A stretch of 64,000 nucleotides of DNA from Mobula hypostoma (taxonomy: Eukaryota), in assembly GCF_963921235.1 (NCBI RefSeq), contig NC_086104.1:157790001-157854000 (forward strand), read 5' to 3'. The first letter of the stretch is position 1. Every line of letters begins with the position of its first letter. The notes under the pieces were generated by a model, which worked only from the letters and a program-made list of their open reading frames with translations, did no database searches and was not told the DNA's origin. Below, piece by piece: positions 47,530 through 60,241 of this stretch. The translations under genes and the position numbers were made by a program.

Positions 47530-50000
47530 AACATAGAAACATAGAAAACCTACAGCATAATACAGGCCCTTTGGCCCACAAAGTTGTACCGAACATGTCC
47601 CTACCTTAGAAATTACTATGCTCACCCATAGCCCTCTATTTTTCTAATCTCCATGTACCTATCCAAAAGTCTCTCAAAAGACCTTATCATATCCACCTCC
47701 ACTGTTGCCGGCAGCCCATTCCACGCACTCACCACTCTCTGAGTAAAAAAATTACCCCTGACATCTCCTCTGTACCTACTCCCCAGCACCTTAAACCTGT
47801 GTCCTCATGTGGCAACCATTTCAGCCATGGGAAAAAGCCTCTGACTATCCACATGATCAATGCCTCTCATCATCTTATGCACCTCTATCAGGTCACCTCT
47901 CATCCTCTGTCGCTCCAAGGAGGAAATGCTGAGTTCACTCAACCTGTTTTCATAAGGCATGCTCCCCAATCCCCAACGGAGATGTGAAGAAATTTTTTTA
48001 GTCAGAGGGTGGTGAATCTATGGAATTTGTTGCCACGGGCGGCAGTGGAGGCCAAGTCATTGAGTGTATTTAAGGCAGAGATTCATAGGTATCTGAGTAG
48101 CCAGGGCATCAAAGGCTATGGTGAGAAGGTGAGGGAGTGGCACTAAATGGGAGAATGGATCAGCTCTTGATAAAATGGTGGAGCAGACTTGATGGGCCAA
48201 ATGGTCGACTTCTGTTCCTTGTCTTATGGTCTTATGGTCTAACATCCTTGTAAATCTCCTCTGCACCCTTTCTATGGCTTCCACATCCTTCCTGTAGTGA
48301 GGCAACCAGAAATGAGCACAGTACTCCAAGTGGGGTCTGACCAGGGTCCTATATAACTGCAACATTACCTCTTGGCTCCTAAATTCAATTCCATGACTAG
48401 TGAAGGCCAATACACCATATGCCTTCTTAACCACAGAGTCAAACTGCACAGCTGCTTTGAGCGTCCAATGGACTCTGACCCAAAAATCCCTCTGATCCTC
48501 CACACTGCCAAGAGTCTTACCATTAATACTATATTCTGCCATCATATTTGACCTACCAAAATGAAGCACTTCACAATTATCTGGGTTGAACTCCATCTGC
48601 CTCTTCTCAGCCCAGTTTTGCATCCTATCAATGTCCTGCTGTAACCTCTGACAGCCCTCCACACTATCCACAACACCTCTAACCTTTGTGTCATCAGCAA
48701 ACTTACTAACCCATCCTTCCACTTCCTCATCCAGGTCATTTATGAAAATCACGAAGAGTAAGGGTCCCAGAACAGATCCCTGAGGCACACCACTGGTCAC
48801 CGATGTCCATGTAGAATATGACCTGTCTACAACCACTCTTTGCCTTCTCTGGGCAAGCCAGTATTGGATCCACAAAGCAATGTCCCCTTGGATCCCATGC
48901 CTCCTCACTTTCTCAATAAGCCTTGCATGGGGTACCTTAACAAATGCCTTGCTGAAATCCATATACACTACATCTACTGCTCTTCCTTCATCAACGTGTT
49001 TAGTCACATCCTCAAAAAATTCAATCAGGCTCGTGAGGCATGACCTGCCCTTGATAAAGCCATGCTGGCTATTCCTAATCATATTATACCTCTCCAAATG
49101 TTCATATATCGTGCCTCTCAGGAACTTCTCCATCAATTTACTAACTACTGAGGTAAGACTCACTGGTCTATAATTTCCTGGACTATCTCTACTCCCTCTC
49201 TTGAATAAAGGAACAACATCCGCAACCCTCCAATCCTCTGGAACCTCTCCCATCCCCATTGATGATTCAAAGGTCATCGCCAGAGGCTCAGCAATCTCCT
49301 CACTCGCCCCCCCACAGTAGCTTGGGGTACATCCCATCCGGTCCCGGTGACTTATCCAACTTGATGCTTTCCAAAAGCTCCAGCAAATCCTCTTTCTTAA
49401 TATCTGCATGCTCAAGCTTTTCAGTCTGCTGCAAGTCAGCACTACAACCACCGAGATCCTTTTCCATAGTGAATACTGATGCAAAGTATTCATTAAGTAT
49501 CTCTGTTATCTCCTCCAGTTCCATACACACTTTTCCACTTGATTGGTCCTATTCTTTCACGTCTTATCCTCTTGCTCTTCACATACTTGTAGAATGCCTT
49601 GGGGTTTTCCTTAATCCTGCCTGCCAAGGCCTTCTCATGGCCCCTTCTGGCTCTCCTAATTTCCTTCTTAAGCTCCTTCCTATTAGCCTTATAATCTTCT
49701 AGATCTCTAACATTACCTAGCTCTCTGAACCTTTTGTAAGCTTTTCTCTTCTTCTTGACTAGCTTTATTACAACCTTTGTACACCACGGTTCCTGTACCC
49801 TACCATCCTTTCCCTGTCTCATTAGAACATACCTATGCAGAACTCCACACAAATATCCCCTGAACATTTGCCACATTTCTTCTGAACTTTTCCATGAGAA
49901 CATCTGTTTCCAATTTAAGCTTCCAATTTCCTGCCTGATAGCCTCATAATTCCCCTTACTCCAATTAAACACTTTTCTAACTTGTCTGTTCCTATCTCTC
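47530..50000 (-). mobile_element. CR1 remnant with a nested plus-strand CR1 3' end (~47975-48240)
   Basis: ORFs 48057-49493 (478 aa), 49300-49530 and 49493-49972; same subfamily as 23925-26400. Confidence 0.93.
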
Positions 50001-50439
50001 TAGGCTATTAAATAATGGACAATGTTTATCCTCCAGCACCAGTCTGTGATTACAAGAATTGGAGCTGGGACCTCTGTTGTTTGTGATCTATATCAATGAC
50101 TTGGATGTGCATGTATGAGGCAATGCTAAGCAAGCTGAAGATGATATGAAAACTGGCAGTGCTGTAGATAGCTTGGAAACATGTCTAAATCAATTGGCCT
50201 GAGCAATGGCAAATGCGATTTAATCCTGACAAATGCAACTGATGCATGTTGGGATGGTAAAGAAGAAGAGTGGATAGACAGAAAATAATAGGGTCCTAAG
50301 AAGCACTGATGAACAGTGGGTCCTTGGGGTAGAACATAGAACAGTACAGCACAGGAGCAGGTCTTCCGGCCCATCATGTTGTGCCAAACTACTGAATCCC
50401 TTCTGCTTGCACATGATCCATATCCCTCCATTCTCTACA

Positions 50440-52535
50440 TATATACCGAACTAAAAGAGGAAGCTGCAGGACATGTGCATTCCAAAAATGAAGAAATGCT
50501 CAAATGGTAAAATAGTACAACTATGGCTGACAAGGGAAGTCAAAGCTATTGTAAAAGTAAAACAAAGGGCATACAACAAAGCAAAAATTAGTGGGAAGAT
50601 AGAGGATTGGGAAGTTTTTAAAAAATCTACAGAGAGCAACTAAAAATATCTTTAGAAGGGGAAAGATGAAATATGAAAGCGAGCTAACAAATAATATCAA
50701 AGTGGATCATGAAAGTTTTTTCAAGTATGTTAAAAATAACAAGAGAAGTGAGAGTGGATATAGGACCGCTAGAAAATGAGGTAAGAGGAATAATTATGGG
50801 GGAGAAGGAACTAAATGAGTATTTTCAATCAATCTTCACTGTGGAAGACATTAGCAGTATGACTGATATTGTAGTGTCTGTAGGAAGAGAAGTGGGTGCA
50901 GTTACTGTTACAAGGGAGAAGGTGCTCAAAAAGCTGAAAGACCTAAAGGTACATAGGTCACCCGGACCAGATGAACTGCATCCTAGGGTTCTGAAAGAGG
51001 TAGCATTAGAGATTGTGGTGACATTAGAAATGATCTTTCAAAAATCATTGGATTCTGGCATGGTGCCAGAGGACTGGAAAATTGCAAACGTTACTCCACT
51101 CTTTAAGAAAGGAGAAAGGCAGCAGAAAGGAAATTATAGACCAGTTGTCCTGACCTCAGTGGTTGGGAAGATGTTAGAGTCAATTGTTAAGGATGAGGTG
51201 ATGAAGTACTTGGTGACACAGGACAAGATAGTACAAAGTCACCACAGTTTCCAAAGGGAAAATCTTACCTGACAAACCTGTTGGAATTCTTTGAGGAGAT
51301 TACAACTAGGATAGATAAAGGGGATACTGCGGATGTTGTATATTTGGACTTTCAGAAGGCCTTTGACAAGGTGCCACACATGAGGCTGCTTACCAAGTTA
51401 AGAGCCCATGGTATGACAGGAAAGTTACTAAAACGGTTAGAGCATTGGCCGATTGGTAGGAGGCAGCAAGTTGGAATAAAAGGATCCTTTTCTGGTTGGC
51501 TGCTAGTGACTAGTGGTGTTCTGCAGGGGTCGGTGTTGGGACCACTTCTTTTTATGCTGTATATAAATATTTTAGATGACTGAATAGATGGCTTTGTCGC
51601 CAAGTTTGCAGATGATACGAAGATTGGTGGAGCAGCAGGTAGTGTTGAGAAAACAGGTAGATACAGAAGGACTTAGACAGATTAGGAGAATAGGCAAGAA
51701 AGTGGCAAATTAAATACAATGTTGGAAAATGCATGGTTATGCACTTTGGTAGTAGAAATAAATGTGCAGACTATTTTCTAAACGGATAGAAAATCCAGGA
51801 ATCTGAGAGGCAGAGGGACTTTGGAATTCTTGTGCAGAACACCCTGAAGGTTAACTTTCAGGTTGAGTTGGAGGTGAGGAAGGCAATTGCCATTTTAGCA
51901 TTCATTTCAAGAGGTCTAGAATACAAGAGCAAGGATGTGATGCTAAGGCTTTATAAAGCACTGGTGAGGACTCACCTTGAGCATTGTGAACAGTTTTGGG
52001 CCCCTCATCTTAGAAAAGATGTGCTGGCATTGGAGAGGGTCTAGAGGAGGTTCACAAGGATGATCCCAGGAATGAAAGGGTTATCATACGAGGAACATTT
52101 AATGGCTCTGGGTCTGTACTCACTGGAATCCAGAAGGATGAGGGGGGATCTCATTGAAACCTTTCAAATACTGAAAGGACTAGACAGAGTAGATGTGGAA
52201 GGATGTTTCCCATAGTGGGAGAATCTAGGACAAGGGGGCACAGCCTCAGGATAGAGGGGCGTCCTTTCAAAACAGAGATGTAGAGAAATTTCTTTAGCCA
52301 CAGGGTGGTGAATTTGTGGAATTTGTTGCCACATGCAGCTGTGGAGGCCAGGTTTTGGGTGTATTTAAGGTAGAGATGAATAGGTTCTTGATTGGACATG
52401 GCATCAAAGATTACAGGGAGAAGGCCAGGAACTGGGGTTGAGGAGGAGATAGAAAAAAGGATTAGCCATGATTGAATGGCAGAGCAGACCTGATGGTCCA
52501 GAGGGCCTAATTCCGCTCCTATGTCTTATGGTCTA
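50440..52535 (+). mobile_element. CR1 ORF2 remnant and 3' UTR
   Basis: ORFs 50709-51272, 51281-51583 and 51832-52044; tail tgtcttatggtctatag. Confidence 0.92.
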
Positions 52536-52539
52536 TAGA

Positions 52540-53000
52540 TGCCTCTGTCATATCTGCCTTCATCAGCACCCCTAGCAGTGCACTCCAGGCATCCTCCACA
52601 TTCTGTATATACAAAAAAAACCCTGCTCCACACATCCCTTTTGAACTTTCCCTCTAATCATGCTCTCTACCATTAGGCATTTCCATCCTGGTAAAAATAT
52701 ACTAGCTTCTAATCTACCAATGCCCCTCAGCCTATGCCGCGCCAGAAAAAGTAATGCTAGTTTATCCATCCTCTCTTTACAGGCATGTTGCTCTAATCCA
52801 GGCAACATTCTAGTCAGCCTCTTCTGAAGCCCCTCCACAGCCTTCACATCCTTCATATAACATCCTTCCACATCTACCCTGTCTAAGCCTTTCAACATTC
52901 GAAAGGTATCAATGAGATCCCCCCTCATCCTTCTGAATTCCAGTGAGTACAGATCCAGAGCCATCAACCAGAATGAAATGCCATACTCCTGATGCAGTCT
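52540..53000 (-). mobile_element. Degenerate CR1 3' fragments
   Basis: ORF 52572-53114 (LYSLEFRRMRGDLIDTFRMLKGLDRV). Confidence 0.75.
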
Positions 53001-53151
53001 AACCAGAGTTTTATAAAGCTGCAGCATTGATTTAGTATGTAAAAGGTTAACACGGTCATTAAACATAGCAGCCTGTTTTTTCTGATCAACAGATGTGCTA
53101 ATTTTGCTATTCAATGCTGAGCAATATTTCTTCTCAAAGTTAGCTAGCTAG

Positions 53152-53486
53152 TGTTTTAGGATGCTTGTGTCCTTGTGTAGTCATGTGCAGAGATAAGACT
53201 GCTCCAGTCTGTTTTGTGTATGTGAACCATTATGCCTAATCTATAATTTGTCTCTTGGGACTGTCATATACATAGATAAGCTTGGCTCCAGCCTGTCTTG
53301 TGTGGGGGTATCTTAACGACTATATCCATTTTGTAAGGGGAATTGTAAGTTAGTTGGTGGACCGAGCAGGAACAGTCACAGACTGTTCCTGTTTGAGCGA
53401 CCAACAGAAGCACCCTGGAGGCTTTGAATAAAGAGTTTATACTTAATACGGTCTCTGGGTGACTTTATCCAGATTCGACTTCCACA
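53152..53486 (+). mobile_element. Possible solo LTR (~335 bp)
   Basis: tg...ca termini and AATAAA near 53427; no convincing TSD found. Confidence 0.35.
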
Positions 53487-53589
53487 GCATAACTTCCTGA
53501 TTCTTGAACTCAGTGCCCCAACCAATCAAGTCTAGCGTGCCATACTCCTTCTTTACCACTCTATTGGTTTGTGCAGCCAAGTAGGAGAT

Positions 53590-54720
53590 CACTGATCCCT
53601 GATTGTTCTAGCACAGGTGACTGAAGGTGAAAAGATGGCAAATGTGATGCCCAACTTCATTAGCTCTGGCATGGAATACAAGAATAAGACATATCTGGAG
53701 CTAAGGAGATTGAGAGGTGACTTGACAGAATGTATGAGATGATAAGAGGTATTGATAGTGTGGTAAATCATAAATACAAAAAATTCTGCAGATGCTGGAA
53801 ATCCAAAGCAATACACACAAAATGCTGGAGGAACACAGCAGGTAAGGCATCATATATTGATGTTTTGGGCCAAGATCATCCTTTAGGACAAAACAAAAAG
53901 GGAAAAGACACCACAAGAAAAGGATGGAGGGGAGGGGAAGAAGAAAGAGCTGAATTGATAGAGTGGACAGCCAGCCCTTTTCTCCCCAGGATGGAAATAA
54001 CAAATACGAGAGGATATAATTTTAAAGTGATTGGAGGAAAGTAAAGGGGGATGTCGCAAGAAGTTTGTTTTTTTGACATCGAGAGTAGTGAGTGTGTGGA
54101 ACAAGCTGCTAGGGATGGTGGTAGAGGCAGATACATTAGGGACATTTAGGAGACTCTTCGATAGGTACATGGATGAAAGAAAAATGGAGGGCTACATGAG
54201 ACGTGTTAGATTGATTTTAGAGTAGGTAAGAGGTTGACACAATATCATGGGCCAAAGGACCTGTACTGTGCTGCACTGTCTTGTGCTCTATCACGTAACA
54301 ACTTTATAAACATGCTGAGGACACGCTTGGTACACTGTGTGCAGTTCTGGTCACATCATAGGTAGGATGTGATTGTGTTGGAGATATTGCCTGGATTGAA
54401 GAATTCAGTTACAACAAGAGACTGAATAGACTGGGTTTGTTTTCCATGGAACAGAAGAATCCAAGGGGCTTCTACATTTAGGAAGAGGAGTAAAAGTCAT
54501 AGGTTTAAGGTGAGAGGTAAAAAGTTTATTGGGAAACTGAGGAGGAAATTTTCCACAGGAGGTTGTGGAGAATGGCTAATACTGCTGAACAGATGATCAA
54601 GGCAGACATTCTCGCAATGCTTAAGTATTCAGGAAGTTCTTGAAATGCCCAGCTATAGGAGGCGATAAATGTAGTACAACAACGGACACATGGATGTGGT
54701 GGGTCAAAGGACCTGGATGA
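53590..54720 (+). mobile_element. Old CR1 3' fragments with a PLE pLTR insert at ~53764-53953
   Basis: gagattgagaggtgacttga...attgatag[insert]attgatagagtggacagcc...; tail ctatgac-like. Confidence 0.7.
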
Positions 54721-55589
54721 CTCTATATGAATCAGTTCTCTGTTTTAGTTGAGCAAAGACGAAAAATGTAAAATAAGTGTTTATCCAGGAAGGGCATATC
54801 ATTCAGGACCGCATTCACATCCATTGTGCTGCCCACAGAGGATGAGAACAAAACCTTGGCATGCCATCTAAGGCACTCACAAATACTAGAAGGATCTAAC
54901 TGGGGAGGGAGGGAACCTCAGAATTACCTTCTTTTTCCTTGTGTGCTCACTCCAGCTATCAAATTCTGCTTTGAACTAATCCCCATCATTGTTCCACAGG
55001 CTGCAAACCAGGAGCAGATTTTGTAGCAAACCTCACATCAACGTTCAAAATCTGGTTTGATACCATCTCAAACCACTTACAAGTAAACACAGATCACATG
55101 CAAACCTCATATCAATGTTCAAAATGATTCTGCAACTCTCCTTTTAACATCATCTCAAATCATTTTCAAGTTAACACATTAAAAGCTCCATTAGAAAACT
55201 GCATAGCTATACTAAGCACAGTCAGTCATAGATGGCAAAATCCAAAAATTTCAATAGGTGAGCACACAACAATTTTCTAGTTTAATTTGCTTCCAGAGCC
55301 ATTGCCTCTGGCATGCCAGCAGCTGTACTGATTCTTTAGTTTCCATTCATCCCTCCCACTCCCACATTTTTTCACAGAAACAGAGGAACAGGTACATTTT
55401 ATTTTTTAAGTTTTTCGTAAATCATCGCATGCCTTTGGGCTTGTAAGCAGCATGAATGTCAAGCCATTTCAAAAGCAAAACACTGCAGTATCAGAAATGA
55501 ACCAGAAAATGTTGGAGATATTCACTAAGCCAGCCAGCAAAATTTAAAATAACTGGGTAATAACCTTCCTTTTAAGGTCATGTTTGTTA

Positions 55590-56080
55590 TAGCCAGGGGT
55601 GGTAAATGCTCCCAATGGTGTGCATCTCAAACAGCCTCTGGCAACCAAGTCTAGGTCCTGAACTTTACGTGTGGCTTAGCTACTAAGCCCGGCAGAACCG
55701 TTTCTATTGATACAAGAAGGGGCAAAGCAGCCTTAAAACCAGCTGCTTCGGGCAGATGGGGCTCATCAGCTGTTGTTGATATCTCATCTAGGAGAAGGAA
55801 ACTTCTGAGCTCCAAGCTCCACTGCCTTGCGAGTGTACCCACTCATGGGGAAGGCTTCAGGAGTTAAAAATCTGGAGCTGGAGTCCCTAAGGCAGACCTA
55901 CATTGAGTCCTACACTGATCAGTCTCTGCATTGCCTTTGGATCCATCAGCTGCATGGAGCGGGGGAGCCTGCTATATGGGCAATGGCTTGTTCTCCATAT
56001 CGTACTGCCCTGGCTTGTAGACTGGCTTGTGTATCCTACAGACAGCTGAGATGCAACATCCTTGATTGACCCCGACCAGT
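55590..56080 (+). mobile_element. RTE-related non-autonomous repeat
   Basis: GC-richer segment resembling retroelement 5' UTR-derived repeats; family assignment is by eye only. Confidence 0.4.
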
Positions 56081-57261
56081 GGAGGTTCACTTTGCATAAG
56101 TACAAGGGTGAGAGATGTATGGCGGACTATGGTCTAGGTACGGTTCAATGGGACTAGGTAGAATAATGATTCAGCACAGAGTAGATGGACCAAAGGGCCT
56201 GCTTCTGTTGTGTAGTGGTCTGTGACTCTATGACTGAAATGATTATTTTGTTTCTATTTTCACAGATATTAATGTCCATTTGATATCTTTTATTCAGTAC
56301 CACAGTAATATTTCCAAACATTTACAGCACAAATTTGGTGCATTTGAACATACATGTAAATTAGAATCCTCAGACTACAGAATGAGTGCAAGTACTCCAA
56401 ATGATGAAACAAGTTTGAGCTTTCACAACTCAGTTTCATATGGTCCAGTGTTTAAAATAATTCATTACGTACTAACATGTCATCACTCTCCAAAAGCCAC
56501 TTCTACAATTTTTTAAAAGATGGTAGCATTGTGGAGGTTGCCATGTCTGCACTGTGATGATCTTATGCCCACAATTCAACCTAAAACTATCACAACTTCT
56601 CAGCAGTCCCAGGCCCAGCTGTGAAAATGGAAAGCTATACTAAGGGGTTTCCTATTTAATATTCAGAATTACTGAACCAAACGGCAAAGTAGAAGATGAT
56701 TCTACAAAAAGCTGTGACTTTTACTACCAAGACCAGGGTAAGCAAGTGTGTGGAAACACCACCACTTGTAGATTCCCTCCATGTTAATACCATCCTAACA
56801 ATGAAATATATGGCTATGTTCCATCACTAGATTTAAATTCTGGAATTAGCTAACCAGAAACATTGCAGGAACTCCATCACTAGGAGGAATGCAATAATTT
56901 AAGGTGGTAACTGATGAAAGCTTTAAGTATTGAACTGTTTATACTCTGGAGATTCTAATTAAAACTTTTCAATATTTTGCTTTTATTTAAATGCTTATTT
57001 CTACATTGATTTCATAAACAGCCATAAAGAATCAGAAGGAGTTTGCAAACATTTTTGTGTTCTCAAATTTTATCTTTTCATCTTTGCCTAAACACTAAAA
57101 TATGGATTAGTCAGGCTGACAAGAAATTTCTGAAACAAAGAACATTTAAGTGGCTCATCAGTTACTATGGCATCTTTTCCTGAATGTCATATGAAATTGG
57201 GATAGGATTTTCCCAACAAATCAAAAATACTAAGAAAAAGAACTTGAAATAAAAGTTGTAA

Positions 57262-57624
57262 GGTGGCAGGGTGGAGATACCTCTCTAATAAATGAGCTGT
57301 AAGGTGCTCCTTCCCTCCGCTAGCCTGCAGGTCACCCTTGGACAAGGTGTAGCACCTGCTTAGCCCCCGATCAGGATCAAATGAAACCACGAGAGCAAAA
57401 GGTGGATGGTCACATGAGCAGCTGGTTGATATCACAAGTCCTGGTTATGTGACCACTCTCTAAAAAGTATTGATAATGACTGGGGTCACCCATCTTGAAA
57501 AGACACTGCCCAGAGGAAGGCAATGGCAAACCACTTCTGTAGAAAAAATTGCCAAGAATAATCATGGTCATGAGGCCATGACAGCCCTATGTCATACAAT
57601 ATGACACATAATGATGATGATGAT
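57262..57624 (+). mobile_element. RTE-related non-autonomous retroelement with a Bov-A-like segment and (ATG)n tail
   Basis: Second copy of 11119-11498; gaaggcaatggcaaaccacttctgtag...ttgcc near 57516-57560. Confidence 0.7.
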
Positions 57625-58009
57625 CAGGAGAAGTTCACAAGTTCTGAATGGCAGCCTGGTGAAAACTTGGAATAGATAACAGAAAGGATTTCTAGGTTAG
57701 GCTGTGGAATGAGGTTTTCAGAAGGAGTTCAGAAAGGTACTGTATTGACATGGTAGAAGATATGGGGTCAATGGGTAAGTAGAAGAAATGGAATCAAGCT
57801 GAGCACAATCAAAGCAAACAGAAGAGTTTGGTGGAAATAATTCAGTTAAGTAATGGATAATATGTAATTTCAAAATTTGTGGATACTATTAAACCAGGGA
57901 GCTGGTACAATTACCACTTAAGCAGTCTGCATAAAAATATAGGGTCATGTTAATAAACTTGAAGAAAGTGTAATATGCAAATAATCTTCAGCAAACAGGA
58001 ACAGAATTA

Positions 58010-58350
58010 CCCCTCAACCATCAGTCTCTTGAACCAAAGGGGATAACTTTACTCAACTTCACTTGCCCTATGTTCCCACACCTATGGATTCACTTTCAAG
58101 GACTCTTCATCTCGTGTTCTCAATATTTATTGCTTATTTGTTTATTATTGTTTCTTTCTTTTTTTGTATTTGTACAGTTTGTAGACTTTTGCACCCTGGT
58201 TGAATGCTGAAGTTGGTGCAGTCTTTCATTGATTCTGTTATGGTTATTATTCTATGGATTTATTGAGTATACCCACAAGACAATGAATCTCAGGGTTATA
58301 TATGGTGACACATGTACTTTGAGAATAAATTTACTTTGAACTTTGAACAC
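58010..58350 (+). mobile_element. Rex1/Babar 3' end
   Basis: Tail aataaatttactttgaactttgaac. Confidence 0.65.
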
Positions 58351-59149
58351 AGATAAATGTAAGGTTTTTGTAGGAAGAATAAGGTCACTTCATATGTTAG
58401 CCTAAAGTGTAGATACAAATCCAGAAATCACTAAAAAGAGGTGATGTGGGTTAATAAAAAACATTTTAAAAAGCTGGCAAGCTACAATGGTTTATTTCCA
58501 CAGGGAGAAAGCAAACAAGTTATATTAAACTGGGTTTGAATCATGCTTGGTTCAGTAAAGTTCTGACCTGTTCTGTGTTACCACAACATTGTAATTCACT
58601 TGATATATATTAACATGAGTTTAAAAACAAAATATGTGTACTCAGTCAAGATAAATATCCCTGCTTTGAAGTAATCTTTAATCATATGTCACTCCCACAA
58701 TCTGAAGGCAGCGCATTAGATAAATTATTCTAAATTTAGTTTCATACAAAAAATGGTATAATTTTAAGGTACATTTCACAAATCCAGATTTTGTCTCATT
58801 TCTAATTTCACTGCAAATACTAATTTAACTGGTTTCATAAAGATAAATTAATGCTCATAAATACACAGTAATATTTCAAATCAAAAGGACTTTGCAAGAA
58901 CATTATAATATGCTGAGTGTTTCTGGCATTTCCTAATTGTATTTCAGCTTTTCAGCAGATTTTGCTTTGAAATTTGTTATATAACATTCTACCTTAATCC
59001 TGAATTGGCAATTTACAATCCAAAAAATGTGTTAATGGCAGGAATGTGCAACATCATAAAATTTGATGACGGCAGTTTGATGTGGGCTGAGGAACAAAGC
59101 CTTAACGTGCTGGCAAGACCTACAAAGTCACAATGTAAAGTTAAGTGCA

Positions 59150-60045
59150 GTTAGAACACAAGACCATAATATATAGGAGCAGAATTAGGCAATTTGGCCC
59201 ATCGAGTCTGCTCCACCATTTCATCATGGCTGATCCAATTTTCCTCTCAGCCCCAATCTCCTGCCTTCTCCCCGTATCCTTTCATGCCTTGAACAATCAA
59301 GAATCTATCAACCTCTGCCTTAAATATACATGAAGACTTAGCCTCCACAGCTGCCTGTGGCAAAGAATTCCACGAATTCACCACTCTCTAGCTAAAGGAA
59401 TTACTTCTCATCTCCGTTCTATTCCGAGGCTGTGTCCTCTGGTCTTAGATCTCCCACCACTGGAAACATCCTCTCCACATCCACTCTATCAAGGCCTTTC
59501 ACCTTTCAATAGGTTCCAATGAGGTTTCACCCCTGATTCTTCGGAATTCTAGTGAATGTAGGCCCAGGTCCATCAAACACTCTTCATGGCATTCAATCCT
59601 ATAATCATTTTTGTGAACCTTCTTTGTATCCTCTCCAGTTTCATCACATCCTTTCTAAGGGGACCAAACCTGCTCACAGTACTCCCAGTGAAGCCTCACC
59701 AGAGCTTTATAAAGTCTCAGCATTACATCCTTGCTTTTATATTCCAGTCCTCTTGAAATGAATGTTAACGTTGCACTTGCCTTCCTCACCACAGACTCAA
59801 CCTGCAAATTAACCTTTAGGGAATACTGCACAAAAACTCAGTCAACCCTTTCATTTCTTCTTCTCAACACTGTATTCCATCTACTATTTCTTTGCCCATT
59901 CTCCTAATCTGTCAAAGTCCTTCTGTAGCCTACTTCCTCAAAACTACTTCCTTCATATTCTCTGCAAACTTTGCAACAAAGCCATCAATTCCATCAACCA
60001 AACCATTGACATAGGGTAAAAAGAATCAGTTCCAACACAGATTCT
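59150..60045 (-). mobile_element. CR1 3' fragment (same UTR type as the minisatellite host)
   Basis: caagaccataatatataggagcagaattaggc...ccccaatctcctgccttctccccgtatcc. Confidence 0.85.
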
Positions 60046-60047
60046 TG

Positions 60048-60241
60048 TGTTAGGTACTAATACCAAGAGAAAGGTGCTAAAAACGACATGATGGCATTTA
60101 ATAACTGTGTGTTACAACAGTGATGTGCCAAAAAGCCATCTCTGAATGCACAGCAGGTTGAAACTTGAAGTTGATGGGCTACAGCAGCAGAAGATCGTAC
60201 CAGGTTCCAGTCCTGTACCTAATAAAGGGCCACTGAGTATA
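60048..60241 (+). mobile_element. Tc1-like remnant with TIR
   Basis: gtacctaataaagggccactgagta-ta terminus. Confidence 0.65.

Noticed and set aside
55640-55700. HDV/CPEB3-like ribozyme (aac-tttacgt-gtg resembles L3 UUCACGU)
   Set aside because: I could not build P1, P2 or J4/2; the following gcttagctactaagc is a simple hairpin.
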